This document shows positions 51,271 through 64,000 of a stretch of 64,000 bases of DNA, one piece after another. The position numbers and the translations under genes are program-made. A model generated the notes under the pieces. That model did not search any database and was not told the origin of the DNA. It was given only the letters and a program-made list of their open reading frames with translations. Every line of letters begins with the position of its first letter. The first letter of the stretch is position 1. This DNA comes from Negaprion brevirostris (taxonomy: Eukaryota): contig JARDVH010000025.1 of the NCBI GenBank assembly GCA_030324005.1, positions 117,407,395-117,471,394 of the forward strand, in the 5' to 3' direction.

Positions 51271-53759
51271 TACTAAAAATACCAAAAACAAAAACAGATA
51301 TTCCCTACCCATCACTTAACCTACTTCCCTAAAGAAGCATATTTTACAAATCAAACTTCACACTCCAAGTATTTAGTACAATGTACTTACCTCTTACCCT
51401 AATTCTACAATCAAGTTATATTGTCTTCCCCACTTTGATTGCAGGCTTAAACAAAATGCCTGCTATTCTCAAAATGAAAGAGGCCTTTAAAAAATGGGGC
51501 CATCCTGGGGTTTGTCAGTCATTATTCTGTATCAGCTTGAAGCAAATGGGAGATATGAAAATCCACAAATACACTCATCTCATTTTAATATGCAACTTCA
51601 AAACAATCCTGTTTTGTTTAAAATTTTTGCAAATTCAATTTGCTTAAAAATAGGATACTTAAACATTACTTATTCCCAGATGCTTTCTGTGAAAAAAAAT
51701 CAAGATTCCCAGAAGATAACACAAATATCTGAGGTGAGTCAACATAAGATTCTGTCCAAGTGGTTCCTTAGAAAAGTATAACAGTGAGTATGTCACCGGT
51801 TCAGAGCCCCAAGTTTTGGGTGACAAGGTGGTGTGCCATTTACTAATTCACTTCCAACCAAATAAATCAAATTGTCTTTCAGCTGTCAAAGATGTCAGCC
51901 ATGATTCATTCGGCAGTAACTGAGATCGAAGGACATGGTATTCAGTCCCACTCCAGAAATATGAGGACAATATCTAAGTTGACATTCCAGGTGCTGTACT
52001 GAGCGAATGGTGAGTCCATCTTTCAGATGAGATATTTAACCAAAACCTCACCTGCTCTTTCAGGTCCCCGGCACCACTTTGGAGAAGAGCATGGGTTTTC
52101 TTTCCTGAATACGTGACTGTGAAGTGCTTTTGAACTTTTGAATGTTTTTCTACATTAAAGTTGCTATGTAAATGCAACTTGGTGCAGTTGCTTTTACATT
52201 GTAGAAAAGGCAACCACTTAGTAATTCATTCACCTAACGCTTGACAGTAGGGGCTCCATAACTTACACCAAAGACTGTTTTTCCAAATAAAATTGAAAGA
52301 AACTGCAAGAAATTTTAGATTTTGATGTTTTTTGCTTTCAATCAGACCAGATCATGCAGGTGAGTAATAAATAAATTTATCACTAAATATCATTTGCAGA
52401 AAATCAGTGGCCTCAGGATTACAATTCCCAGCAGCCATTCCTCCTGATCCCAAAAAGCTGCAGCAAACCAATTCAAAACAAATGGAAACAGAGACAATGA
52501 GCAAGAGTAAGAAAGATGTATATAATGCAGTGTGAACCGCAAGACTAGGACCCATAGTCTGTCATCAGGAGAGGGGGAGAAAAAGAAAATCAGAAGACAG
52601 TGCAAGTAGTTTTAGCTTGACACATTTGGCAGGAAGCTAGTGGGGTCATATTCTTTTTATATCACAACCTACCCAAGCTTTTTTTTAAACATACCACGTG
52701 ATAAATCAGATAGTAATTGGAAACAAAAGCAAAATACTGTGTATGCTGGAAATCTGAAATTAAACAAAACTGCTGGAAATACTCGGTGTAAAGCAACATC
52801 TGTGGAGAGAAACAGGGTTTCAGGTTAAGGTGATCTTTCACCAGAACTGAAGAAATATAGAAATATATTAAGCCAGTGGAAGGGGGAAAGGCTTCCTCAT
52901 AACTGGAAACAGTTTCCTTCAAATTTCAGCTAATTTTTTTTTTAGATCAAGGAAAGATAGTTTCTCACAATCTCTCTCGTTCTATTGCAGTTTCAGAAAT
53001 TAACAGAAAGCAAAACACCAAACCACAGCTGCTGCATTACTGATAATGCTCGACTTTGCAGAGGTACAAACTGTCCAAAGCCTCCCACATAAAAAAAGAA
53101 TAATTTGAATCTGTCCCCTATTCTTCAAATAAATTTTTAAAAACTAGCAAATTCTGTAATAAGCTGCAGAAACAATTACAACAATAGTTCAGCCAAGTAG
53201 TATTGATACAGCCTGGGAAACTGGGTATGGTGTACATGCTCAGACAGCAACACCTGAATTCAGCTAACAGCATCCCAGCTCCACATAAAAACAACAAATC
53301 CACCCAGACTCTTGCAAGCATGAGAGACTTCAAACAAAACCTTACAAGACATAAAAGATCATTCAATAGAAGCATTTTATCATGTTATTGTGAAAAGTGT
53401 TATTAAATGTTGTTTAAACTTTTATTCGAGACATTAGAAATTTCAGTTAGGGAATATTTTTCAAGCTCATTGAATGATTACTGAAAAGATAATGCAGCAC
53501 CAACTGATGGCCTGATTGCAAGGTAATGGGAAGTTTCCATTGCAAATAAATAATTCACAACGGAAACATTAACATAAAAGTGTGACAAAAAAAGCAGGAA
53601 ATAAGATTTTGTAGGCAAATATAAACTTTTTAATAAGATATAGATGAATGTTCCACTATGCCTATGTGGAAATAACACAAAAGAAAATACACACTGGCAA
53701 GTTATTTGAATTTACAAAAACGTTTGAATAAAAACACCCTAACATGATATATACCATAC

Positions 53760-55391
53760 CTCCACCCATGGCACCCGCCTCTTGACAATCATTCGTCCAG
53801 CCTGCTGCATTAATTCTTGAGCTATTAATTGACTCCAGTAAGGAAATGAACTCTATAAAGTTTGACTCGTTTGGGATTTGCCCTTCTTTGGCCTCTAAGT
53901 CAGACTTTGAAGTGGTTAATGTTCTTCCCTGATTGTTGTTGCTCCCTCTGGATGTCCTGCTCAAGACCACATCTGTTCCTCCATCTGCACTAAGGACCCT
54001 GATATGTGTTTGCAGAGAGCAATCAGCCACAACTTGCTGCTCGCGTTGCCTCTGGTTTTCTATAAGGCAATGCACAACTTTCAAGAAAGAGTCTGACACA
54101 GCTCTAGAGCTGGCCGGTCGATGTGAATTTTGGTAGTTGTGACATGCATGATCAGGGGAACAGCAGGACTGTGAATTACTACTGGATGAGGTTCCTATTG
54201 AAAGATTGTGATGAGATTGGAGACTTGAGGTGCTGCTGAGACTAGTATGATCACTTGTGTCCTCATCTTCACTTTTGTTGTCTTTAGGGACCACTGTAAT
54301 AGACCAAGATTCATTGCTACCACAAACAGTGGAGTCAGTACTAACATTTACTTGTTTCCTTGACTTCTGCTTATCGTACTGGTGACTAGACAAAGCTTGT
54401 TTAAGAAAATTGGAAGACTTTGGTCTTACAGCAAGATCTGTTTTTGATACACACTGCACCCCTTTATTCACATTAACATATAAAAATGATGAGGGTATTA
54501 AGTTACCATGATTAATAGTGTCAGTGCTCTTTCGACCAGCTTCAGGCAGTTTCAATGCTGTAACTGGAACGTCTGATAAATCTGGATCTTGCATATTTGG
54601 CAAACTCGGTGTCCGTTTAGGATTCTGAACCAAATTATTTTGATTAGTTCTAGACTGCAAATTCTGAATTAAATCTGTGCTGGAATCCTTATCAAGGTAG
54701 AGTTCTACTTCCTCGTGTTCTGTAGGTTTCACCAGACAAAAATTATTAATTGGAATCCTTTCATCATCAGATTCATTCAAATCATCATCTTTTGCTCCCA
54801 GGTCTGTCACTCTGATTAATGCAGCGTTGGTACTCGGTTCACTTGGAAACTCCTGGTCCCCACATTCAGTATGACCAACACTGTTCCCAAGGGTTTCTTC
54901 ACTATGATTGGAACATTTCCTGCACATTATATTTTCAGCAGTACACATTGGTAATGGCTCAGCATTATCTGCATTAGTCACTATTACATTGCACTCAGTC
55001 TCTGATGCATTAGGACACTGATGATCTTGGTTTAATTTAGCTATGAACTGTTCTGTAGGTGCTTGTCGTCCTGGAAAACCAGGTGGATCCTTTGCCTCAG
55101 TCGGAGCCACCTTAGAATCAGCTGGGTTGGCAGACACTGACACAGTACAAACCCGAGATGAAACATGATGCTTGATGTTTTTAGAACCATTTAACCGACC
55201 CGTAGCACTAAGCGGACAAACAGTAGATTCACATGGGGCGGCAGTTGGGGAAAGGAACAAAGACGCTTCTTCCAAGGTGTCTCTCTCTTTTTTGGGTTTT
55301 TTGCTGGACTCTGCATCTTGAGAACCTGACTTCTGGTAACAAACTGGGGAATCATAGGGCATCAAGGGTGTTGCACTGTTCAGGCCAAGAT
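53760..55391 (-). CDS. PCNX2: PCNX2 large exon (1632 nt, phase 1->1), Ser-rich predicted disordered region
   Basis: Core of 580-aa ORF 53662..55404; tttattgcag|AT acceptor, GGAG|gtatgg donor; contains VRPKSS, RVLSADGGTDV, TTSKSDLEAKEGQIPNESNF. Confidence 0.93.
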
Positions 55392-55709
55392 CTGCAATAA
55401 ACATAACTTAGATTTTACCACAACAGATTGCAACGATATTTAATCCAAGCCAAGGGAATGGATGTAGTGATCTAGTAAAACAAAGTGTAAATTTTTTTTT
55501 TTAGTCAAAGCAGATTAGCCTAGATTAATCCCGCTTCAAATAATGCACTCATTCCTGTTTCTTTGGAAACTAGTTTAATAAAGAGATGGTGATCATACAC
55601 CATTTTATTTAATATTAGTTTGGTACATAAAGATAATAGATTTTTATTAGGATAGAGGGACATGGAGATCACCTTTATTAAGGAAAGGGTGATATAAAAA
55701 CACAAACTT

Positions 55710-56320
55710 ATAGCATAGAATGAGACCATTGGTCCCATCATGCCTAAACTGGCTCTTTGAAATCAAAGTTGTGTTTCGACCCACACTCTTGTTTTTTGTG
55801 TGTAATCCTGTAAGTCCCTCTTTATCAAGGACCTGTCAAATTCTCTTTAAAATTATGGGAATCAGCTACCATCACCTTTTCAGGTATAGCGTTCCCCCAG
55901 TAATTGAGGGAATAAATTTTACCTCATCTCTTCACTGGATCTTTTCCGAATGATTTTGTCCCTATGACCTTTGGTCGTTAACCCACTCAGAGAGACTATT
56001 CATTCCTATTTACTTTAGGTTCTCATCATCCTGAGAACCTCTATTAAGTCACCTTCTCTGATGTTAAAAGAACAATCTTGACTTTTCCAACCTCCTGACA
56101 ATGAAAATCCCTTATCCCTGATAACATCCTGGTAAACCTTCTCTGTACCTTTTCCAAGGTCTTTACTTCTTTCCTGAAGTGTAGTGTGCTGAATTGTCCA
56201 CAATGTACAAGAACTGAGACCCAATGTTTTGTAAATGTTGAGTATGATTTCTTTGTTTTTATACCCTATCCCTCTCTTTAGAGAGGCAAGTAACCTTATC
56301 AACCCACCCTGTCACCTTTA
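55710..56320 (-). mobile_element. CR1 3' fragment
   Basis: RGIGYKNKEIILNIYKTL; GDLIEV. Confidence 0.82.
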
Positions 56321-57209
56321 AGAATGTGTGCCTAGACATCTAGATTTTACTCATCTGCTCTTCTCAAAATTATTCCATTATAAAATACAGCCCAAAAGCA
56401 ATATAGTATGTGCTCCCAGTGTGCATGTTTTTTGGGGGGTGGGCGAGGCATATAAAATAGGGTGGGAGCCCACCTCACTACCTTTGCACCCATCACCAGC
56501 TCTCCCCCATAATATTAGGGCATGGACCATGGACAGGTGCCAAAAACTGACAGCCTACCCACCACATTCAAATAACTAATCAAGGGTCAGTTACACTTAT
56601 CAAGCCTACTTACCCTGATAATACATTGTCCATGCCATAAAACATTTGGTGTGGGCAACCTGTGGTAGCGGGCAGCCTGAATTAGAAACAAAACTCTTCA
56701 GTTCTTAGCCCCCCACCCCCTTAAAGCCCTTCCCTCTTTCCTATCCGTCTGCAGACTTAAATCCACCCTCAATTGCTCTCTGTCTAGTCTGCCCAAAGCA
56801 ACCCTACCCAATACTTTGGACTTACCTGCTCTGGGAATCCACAGGCCTTCTCCTACAGACCAGGCAATAACCACTGACACTATCTTGGTGTTTAACCAAT
56901 CTAAATTGGTCTGCAGCTCCAGAATACAGGGCCTCCCGCTCCCCGCTGAAGTCCCACTTGGCCCTCATTTAGCCTGCCTGCAGCACTTTATGGGAACAAT
57001 ACTGCAAGCTATCTCAATGTATCCACCACCACCACCTTTTGCCTCATGTCATTGGATTAATTTTATTATTTATTCCACCTCTTCTCAGAATCAGCGCAGA
57101 AGGCAGTTATTTGACCACATTGTGTCTACACTGGCAATATGACTTTGTGCCAATCCCCTGCCATTTCCCTACACCCGCGCACATTGTTTCTATTCAGGTA
57201 ATCATTCAA

Positions 57210-58110
57210 TGCTCTTCTATGAGCAGAACAGTTTCTCCCTATCTACTCTGTCCAGCTCCCTTATGATTTTGAACATCTCCATCAAATTTCCTTTTAGCCT
57301 TCTTCTCTCCAAGGAGAACAGTCTCAACCTCTCCAATCTATCCTCATAAGGTTTCTCATCCCTGGAACCACTCTTGTAAACCTTTTCTGCACTCTCTTCA
57401 ATGCATTCACATATTTCCTATAGTGTGGCTGTATACAATATTCCAGCAGAGGTCTAACAAGTGTTTTGTGTACATTCAGCATAATCTCCTTGCTCTTGTA
57501 CTCTATGCCACTATTAATAAAGCCCTCCATTTGAGGTACCAGCAGCAATGAACTATGTATACATACACCCAGGTCCCTCGGCTTCTGTACCCACTTAAGA
57601 ATTTTACCGCTTATTTTATACTGTTTCTCCATGTTCTTCCTACTAAAATGCATCACTTCACACTTCTCTGCATTAAGCTTTATCTGTCACCTATCTATGC
57701 CATTTTGATGTTCTACATTGTCCTCTTCATACTTTATAATATTTGCAAGTTTTGTATCATCTACAGACGTTAAAATTGTTCCCTGCACACCAAGCTCTAG
57801 ATCATTAATATACTTCAGGAAAAGCAAGAGTCCCAATATTGACCCACGGGGAACACTACTACAAATCTTGCCCCTGCTTGAAAAATATCCATCGACTGTC
57901 ACTCTGTTTCCTATTATTCAGCGAATTTTGTATCCATGTTGCTACTGTCCATTTTATTCTATGAATTGTAAGTATTCTCAAGTCTGTAACGCAGCACTGC
58001 ATCGAAAATCCATGTATGCCACATCAACAGCATTACTTCATCGCCCCTTTTTGTTAACTCCTCAAAAAACCTCAGTTATTTAAACATGATTTCCCCTTTG
58101 GAAATCATTA
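57210..58110 (-). mobile_element. CR1 RT fragment; resumes ~58417-58520 beyond a nested SINE
   Basis: SSVPRGSILG.LLFLKYINDL, DDTKL, KTLVRPLLEYC, SQHGF. Confidence 0.9.
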
Positions 58111-58416
58111 AATCCTGCAGTGCAGAAGGAGGCAATTTGACCCAGAGTCTGCACTGACTGCAATCCCACCCAGGCCCTATCCCCATGCAATTACTCCAGC
58201 TGGTCCTCCTGACACTGAGGGGCAATTTATCATGGACGATCCACATAACCCCACATCTTTTGGCCTATGGGAGGAAACAGTAGCACCCAGAAGAAACCCT
58301 GCAGACACGGGGAGGATGTGCAAACTTCTCACAGACAGTGACCTAAGCTGGGAATCGAACTCAGGTCCCTGATGCTGTGAGGCAGCGCTGCTAACCAGTG
58401 TGCCACCGTGCCACCC
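58110..58416 (-). mobile_element. HE1-like V-SINE nested in CR1
   Basis: Reverse head gggtggcacggtggcacactggttagcagcgctgcctcacagc; CR1-type tail. Confidence 0.87.
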
Positions 58417-59589
58417 ATAAATCCATGCTGGCTCTTCCTAATCAAGCCACATCCCACCTGACTACGAATTCTACCTTGTATAATTGCTTCTAGAAGGTTG
58501 CCCACCATGATGTTAAACATTCCCCTTAATTCCATCCATTTTCCTAATTAGCCTCCTTCATGTCACTTCATTGACCTTTCAAAAGTTCAATATATACAAT
58601 ATCTTACTACCTTGATCAATCTTCACTGCCACCTGACCAAAGAGTTCAATCAGGTTAGTCAGACATGATTAACCTTATAACAGATTAATGCTGGCTCTCC
58701 TTGGTAAATTTATGCTTTTCAAATGGAGGTTTCTTGGGGAGGGTGGGAGGCAGTGTACAGGAATCATCTTTATTGGAGATAATATGATAACAAACCAATT
58801 TCAAATGGTGGAATATTGTATGGGGTCCGACATGTCTATTTTATTGCACCTTTAAAAGCAGTATCATACTTGCCATCAGCAGAGACAGGAAGAGGTAGAC
58901 ATGATGAGAATATTTACCTTCTCTTTCTCCCCCTAACATTAAAAGAGCTTTGTAAGTTGGTTCATGTGAGAAGACAGTGCTTTCCTGAGGTGCAGTGAGT
59001 CTTCTGAAGTCTTTCTCTGGAATATGCAAAATCATCAGTATTAATAATGCATTCAGAGTATGTTATGCAATATTCAATCTTCTTCAAATTCATGAAATTA
59101 AAATGATTTAGAGGACTGAAATTTTTGTTTCAATTCTCTACAATAACATTACACTCTGCACTCTCCTTTCCTTCCCTATGTACGGTATGCTTTGTCTGTC
59201 TTGCACGCAAGAAACAATGCTTTCACTGCATACTAATACAGGTGACAGGAATAAATCAAATCTAAGATATATATTGCATATTACTAATATTAAACAGCAC
59301 AATGACGGATACAGAATTTGTTCAAAATAATTCTGATGATGAGTCACACTGCCTTCATCCAATGGGACCAATGTTACTTGTGTTATTGATTCTTCAGTAA
59401 GTATACTCTTCATAACAGCCTGAAACTATATGTATAACTTTGTAGTCCTTTTGTGATCAAAAATTACACACTTTGCCTTTTTAATTAACTCTCTGCATGT
59501 GAGCGCTGCTGGCTGGACCAACATTTATTGCCAATCCCTAGTGCCTTCTGAGAGGGTGGTGAGCCACCTTCTTGCACTACTGCAATCTA

Positions 59590-60049
59590 TGTGCTTTATA
59601 AGACCCTTGTCAGACCCCACTTGGAGCACTGTGTGCAATTCTGGTTGCCTCATTACAAGAAAGATGTGGAAGCTATTGAAAGGGTGCAGAGGAGATTTAC
59701 AAGGATGTGGCCTGGACTGGGTGGCATGCCTTATGAGGATAGGTTGAGGGAGCTAGGTCTTTTCTCCCTGGAGAGACGAAGGATGAGCGGTGACCTGATA
59801 GAAGTGTATGAGATGTTGAGGGGTATAGATCGGGTGGATTCTCAGAGGCTATTTCCCAGGGCTGAAATGGTCGCTACAAGAGGACACAGGTTTAAGATGC
59901 TGGGGAGCAGGTACAGAGGGGATGTCAGGGATAAGTTTTTCACTCAGAGCGTGGTGGGTGAGTGGGATCGGCTGCCCTCGGTGGTGGTGGAGGCGAACTC
60001 ATTGGGGTCTTTTACGAGACTTCTGGATGAGTATATGGGATTTAATGGG
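59590..60049 (+). mobile_element. Young CR1 ORF2 C-terminal fragment (frame intact, CpGs retained)
   Basis: LYKTLVRPHLEHCVQFW.PHYKKDVEAIERVQRRFTRM...TRGHRFK...FFTQ.VV..W..LP. Confidence 0.95.
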
Positions 60050-60283
60050 NNNNNNNNNNNNNNNNNNNNNNNNNNNNNNNNNNNNNNNNNNNNNNNNNNN
60101 NNNNNNNNNNNNNNNNNNNNNNNNNNNNNNNNNNNNNNNNNNNNNNNNNTTCATGTTTCAGAGAAGGTTCCATAACCCACATCAGGTTTAGTAGGTTTGT
60201 GGAATTTTAAAGCATCTGGGCCAAAATGCAGTAAGGAAACAACCTTATAATGGATAAAAACAGTAGAAGGGAAGTTCACATAC

Positions 60284-60323
60284 CTTTGAGTGCTTCTGCG
60301 TCTTTAGGATTTGTCGGCAGATC
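60284..60323 (-). CDS. PCNX2: PCNX2 exon (40 nt, phase 0->1): DLPTNPKDAEALK
   Basis: ctcctttcaaatag|GAT acceptor, AAG|gtatgt donor; bridges phases of both neighbours; similar to short PCNX2 exon ending ..EDLKG. Confidence 0.75.
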
Positions 60324-61648
60324 CTATTTGAAAGGAGCAAAGATTTCAGTACATTATCTAAAAGGTGAGAGAGTTCGGTTGATTGGCCATGCTAAATTGC
60401 CACTTCATCTCAGGAGACTAGCAGGGTAGATATGTGGAGTTGCAGGGATAGGACCAACATAGGCTTGTTTTCAGTGCTGGTTTGATGGGCCGAATGATCT
60501 GCTTATGCATGATAGGGATTCTATTCCATGATTAGGAACAGACTGAAAAAGCCATGGTGTTGCTCAAGTGCCTGCCAATATTTTATCTTAAAAAATCCGA
60601 ATCTTGGTACAAAATTAAGCTTTCTTCCAAAACTCAGCTCCGTCTTTCTGTTAAATATGAGGAATTACAATGCTGTTTAATTCATACTAGTTTGGGTGTA
60701 AAAACCATTCAATTTCTTTGGAGTCAGTCAATCTGAGAAGATTGCTGTTTTGAGCTGCAGACAAATTTTCCTCAAACTCACTCAAAACCCATCAGATTAA
60801 TAGGTCATGCTAATTTGAAGAGGTATTTGGACTGTTCACCACTCTGTCTACTTAAATTTAAAACCAATGACCAAAACAAACATATTATCATTTTTTTCTA
60901 TTTATTTAGGGATGTTTGTGGATGAACTTTGATGGTATTCGAGAAATTAGTTGGGGAAGAATAACAGTGTCTAACCGGAACAGGAAGTGAAACTGATTCA
61001 TCACTTTCAGATATTGTCATTTCAACTATGCAAACTGATTTAACTGCTTGCAAATCCTTTCAGTGAGTTTCTTGGCTATCGTAAATAAACATTGCTCAAT
61101 AAAAATATATTTTGTCCAAGAATAGAAATATAGGAAAAAAAGAAAAGCAAGGTATTTTAAAATAATGGCCTTAATTCCTCCAACTTGATGGCAACCTTTA
61201 ACAACAGATTTTTCAAAAATTGATGGATAAAGTATTAACCATTTTTTGAATCGGAATCTCCACACATTTACCAATATTTAGGTAGATGTGCAGGGTTACA
61301 GTGACGGAATTCCTAATTGTTAACAAAAATTGCCTACATCCTCTTTCTGAATTAGAAATGAATGGAATAATTTACAAACTACCACTGTCAGGACAGTTAA
61401 AATTCACCACAGTATTACATGCAGATACAGAAATACTACACACAATTTGATTTGTGTATCAAAAATGTGTTTATTTTCTCACAAAGCCCAGCTCTCTCAC
61501 TACACTACAGCAAAAGTGGAGGAACTCAGTCCATGAAACTGAAATACTGCATGAAAATGAATCAGCACAAAAATTGACAAATGCATTCCTGCTACATCAA
61601 GCAAAATAATTCATTTTACAAACTGCACTGTGTCATCAAGGTACTTAC

Positions 61649-61760
61649 AGAGTCATCACTAGCCCCAGGGTCCAGCATGGATTGCAAAGAGCTGTGGCAA
61701 ACTGGTTGCTTTGAACTATCCCTGTTGAAGTCAGCCAATTGAATATCTTGCACACGATTC
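61649..61760 (-). CDS. PCNX2: PCNX2 exon (112 nt, phase 2->0): NRVQDIQLADFNRDSSKQPVCHSSLQSMLDPGASDDS
   Basis: cacag|G acceptor, TCT|gtaagt donor; open frame; resembles pecanex exon-3 motif IEMSEF.RE..PPV.CSS. Confidence 0.8.
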
Positions 61761-62489
61761 CTGTGACTTCAGCAAGATACAGTCAATCAGAAAGGGTAAG
61801 CCAAAAATTCAGCCAGATATCAAAACGTTTACTATGAAGATCTGTGACACCATAGTTGGGATATAGACAAGGTGTTACAGTAAAATACATCTATCAATCC
61901 TTCACAACTTATGAAAGACTCAAGTGCTGAACTAATTTGTATAAATAATTTAGCAATGTATTGCATATTAACTAATTGTTATGATCGAGAATGCACTGTC
62001 TGGAAGGGAGGTGGAAGTAGATTCAATAATAACTTTCAAAAGGAAATTGGATAAATAATTGAAAACAAAAAAAAAAATTAGAGGGTTATGGTGAAAGAGG
62101 AGAGTGGGACTTATTGGAAAGCTCTTTCAAAGAGCCAAAATGGGCATGACAGGGCAACATCATCATCTTTACTCAAGATTCTAGGAACACTGCACACTTA
62201 AGACACTATAACGAAGCTGAATATTTTTCCATATCAGATAGGCACATGTGAATCAATGTCTACAAATTCAGATTTTAACTCTTTCATCCCTAAGGACTGC
62301 TCACAGAATACATTAATGAACTGACCTAAAGGGAGGATAGATTTCATTTGTGAACTGGAAGTTCTGCACTGATCTCTCTGAAGTCAGCAATTTACCTTGA
62401 AAATAGCTACATGCTCATCAATTGGCTACTGCTCTGATTTCAGGAGTATTGCAGGGTTTGAAAATTACGCAAAGTGACATTAATGACTT

Positions 62490-62920
62490 TTCCCTACAGC
62501 ACCAACACAGGACATTTGGTCCAACTGGCCCAGGTCAGTGCTTATTCTCCATACAAGTACCATCAGAACTCTTTTCATCTAACCCATGTAGCATAATCTT
62601 CTATTCTTTGCTCCCTCGTAATTATCCAGCTTCCGCTTAAATGTACGAATGCTTTTTGCTCAACTACTCCCAATAGTGGTGGATTCCATATTCTCACCAT
62701 TCTCTGGGTGAATAAATTTCTTCTGAATTCCCTATTCAAAAAATTAGTAAATATCTTATATTTATGGCTCTAGTTTTGGTCTATGCCAGAAGTTGAAACA
62801 TCTCTCTGCCTATGCTGTCAAACCCTTTCAAATTTTTAAATACATCTGAGAAGTCACGCTCAGCCTTCTGTTTATTTTTTGAAAGAAATCAGCCTCAGCC
62901 TGTTCAGTCTTTTGTGATAA
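62490..62920 (-). mobile_element. CR1 3' fragment
   Basis: Reverse of ..HKYKI..NLFTQRMVRIWN.L motif. Confidence 0.7.
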
Positions 62921-62929
62921 CGGAATGTA

Positions 62930-64000
62930 AAAAGAAAAGATTAGTGAAGACAAATGCAAGTCCTTTACAGTCCAAAAAAGAACAAAGGAATAGCAATGTA
63001 ATTAAGCAACTACTTTAGATCTATCTTCACAGAGGAAGGCAAATAACTTCCCATGGTCTAGTGAAGAGGAGAAATTGAAGGAATTAGTATTACCTAAAAA
63101 ATACTGCTGGAGAAATCAATAGCACTGAAAGTCGCTAAATTCCCAGGACCTGATAATCTCCATCCCAGGGGAGAAAAGGATGTGCCCAGGGTATGAAAGG
63201 ATAAGACCATGGAAATAGTAGATATACTGGTTGTCACCTTTCAAAATTCTGTGGATTGTGGAACAGACACGGCAGATTGGAGGATGGCAAATGCAACCCT
63301 ACTATTTAAAAAAGCAGGGAAGGAGAAAACAGGGAAAGACAGACTGGTTAGCCTAACATCAGTAACAGGAAAATTGCTAGGGACAATTATAAAGAATATG
63401 ATAACGGGACGCTTAAAAACAATCAACAAGATTAGACAAAGTCAACATGGATTTATGAATGAAAAATCACATTTGGCAATCTTACTGGAGTTTTTCAGGA
63501 CACAATTAGCAGGATAGATAAGGGAGAACCAGTGGATGTGGTGTATTTGGATTTTCAGAGGGCTTTTGCTAAGGGCTCATTTTACAGGTTAGTGTGCAAG
63601 ATTGGGGTATTTGAGAAAATATATTGACATAGATTGAGAATTGGTGAGCATGCAGGAAAGAAAGAGTAAGAATAAATGGGTCTTTTTTGGAGAGCCAGGC
63701 AGTGACTAGTGGAATCCCAAAGGATTCAGTGCTTGGGTCCCAGTTAGTCACAATATACATCAATGATTTAGATGAGGGAAATAATTGTAATATTTCCATG
63801 TTTGCTGATGATATAAAATTTGGTGGGAACATGGTGGAGGAGGATGTAAAGAGGCTTCAAGGTAATTTAGACAAGTTGAGTGAGCAGATGCAGTATAACG
63901 TAGATGAGTGTGAAGTTATTCATTTTAGCAGAAAAACAGAATGGTAGTGTATTATGTAAATGACGATAGATTGGAAAATGTTGATGTACAAAGGGACCTG
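62930..64000 (+). mobile_element. CR1 LINE ORF2 RT region, decayed, runs off window
   Basis: PGPD.LHPR, DWRMAN.T.LFKK, VSLTSVTGKLL, SQHGF, VDVVYLDFQRAF, SGIP..SVLG, FADDIK. Confidence 0.93.

Noticed and set aside
51383-51450. Strong donor-like GAG|gtaagtac on the gene strand
   Set aside because: No upstream acceptor gives an open phase-1 frame (TGA/TAA within a few codons).
55392-55473. Alternative upstream acceptor (ttttactag) or ATG start for the large exon
   Set aside because: The upstream acceptor hits TAA after about 10 codons; the ORF-track Met at 55404 is intronic.
59310-59425. Possible extra PCNX2 exon (MKSILTEESITQVTLVPL...)
   Set aside because: Every nearby AG gives a stop when entered in the required phase 1, and exons 60284-60323 and 53760-55391 already join in frame.

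Overview
Eukaryotic (vertebrate) genomic DNA, most likely a shark or other elasmobranch judging from its repeat families (V-SINE/HE1-like and Deu-domain SINEs, abundant CR1). The whole window lies inside one minus-strand gene, a pecanex-family member best matching PCNX2. I traced 15 consecutive coding exons by hand (61760 down to 1728, 3229 nt, probably exons 3-17). All have GT-AG boundaries and compatible phases and give one open frame, apart from a 26-nt N gap inside one exon. The introns hold decayed transposons: many CR1 fragments, L2, one RTE LINE, two head-to-head Mag-type Ty3/Gypsy LTR elements, two Penelope-like remnants with hammerhead-like cores, SINEs, MITEs and several minisatellites. 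I found no convincing new protein-coding system, and most ORF-track entries are repeat artefacts. The best leads are RNA-level: an inverted SINE pair tightly bracketing two exons that would circularise into a stop-free 216-nt ORF, a duplicated 'poison' splice donor, Penelope hairpins with ribozyme cores, and the inverted Gypsy pair. Homology calls come from recalled sequences, not database searches, and repeat boundaries are approximate unless a TSD or terminus is cited.
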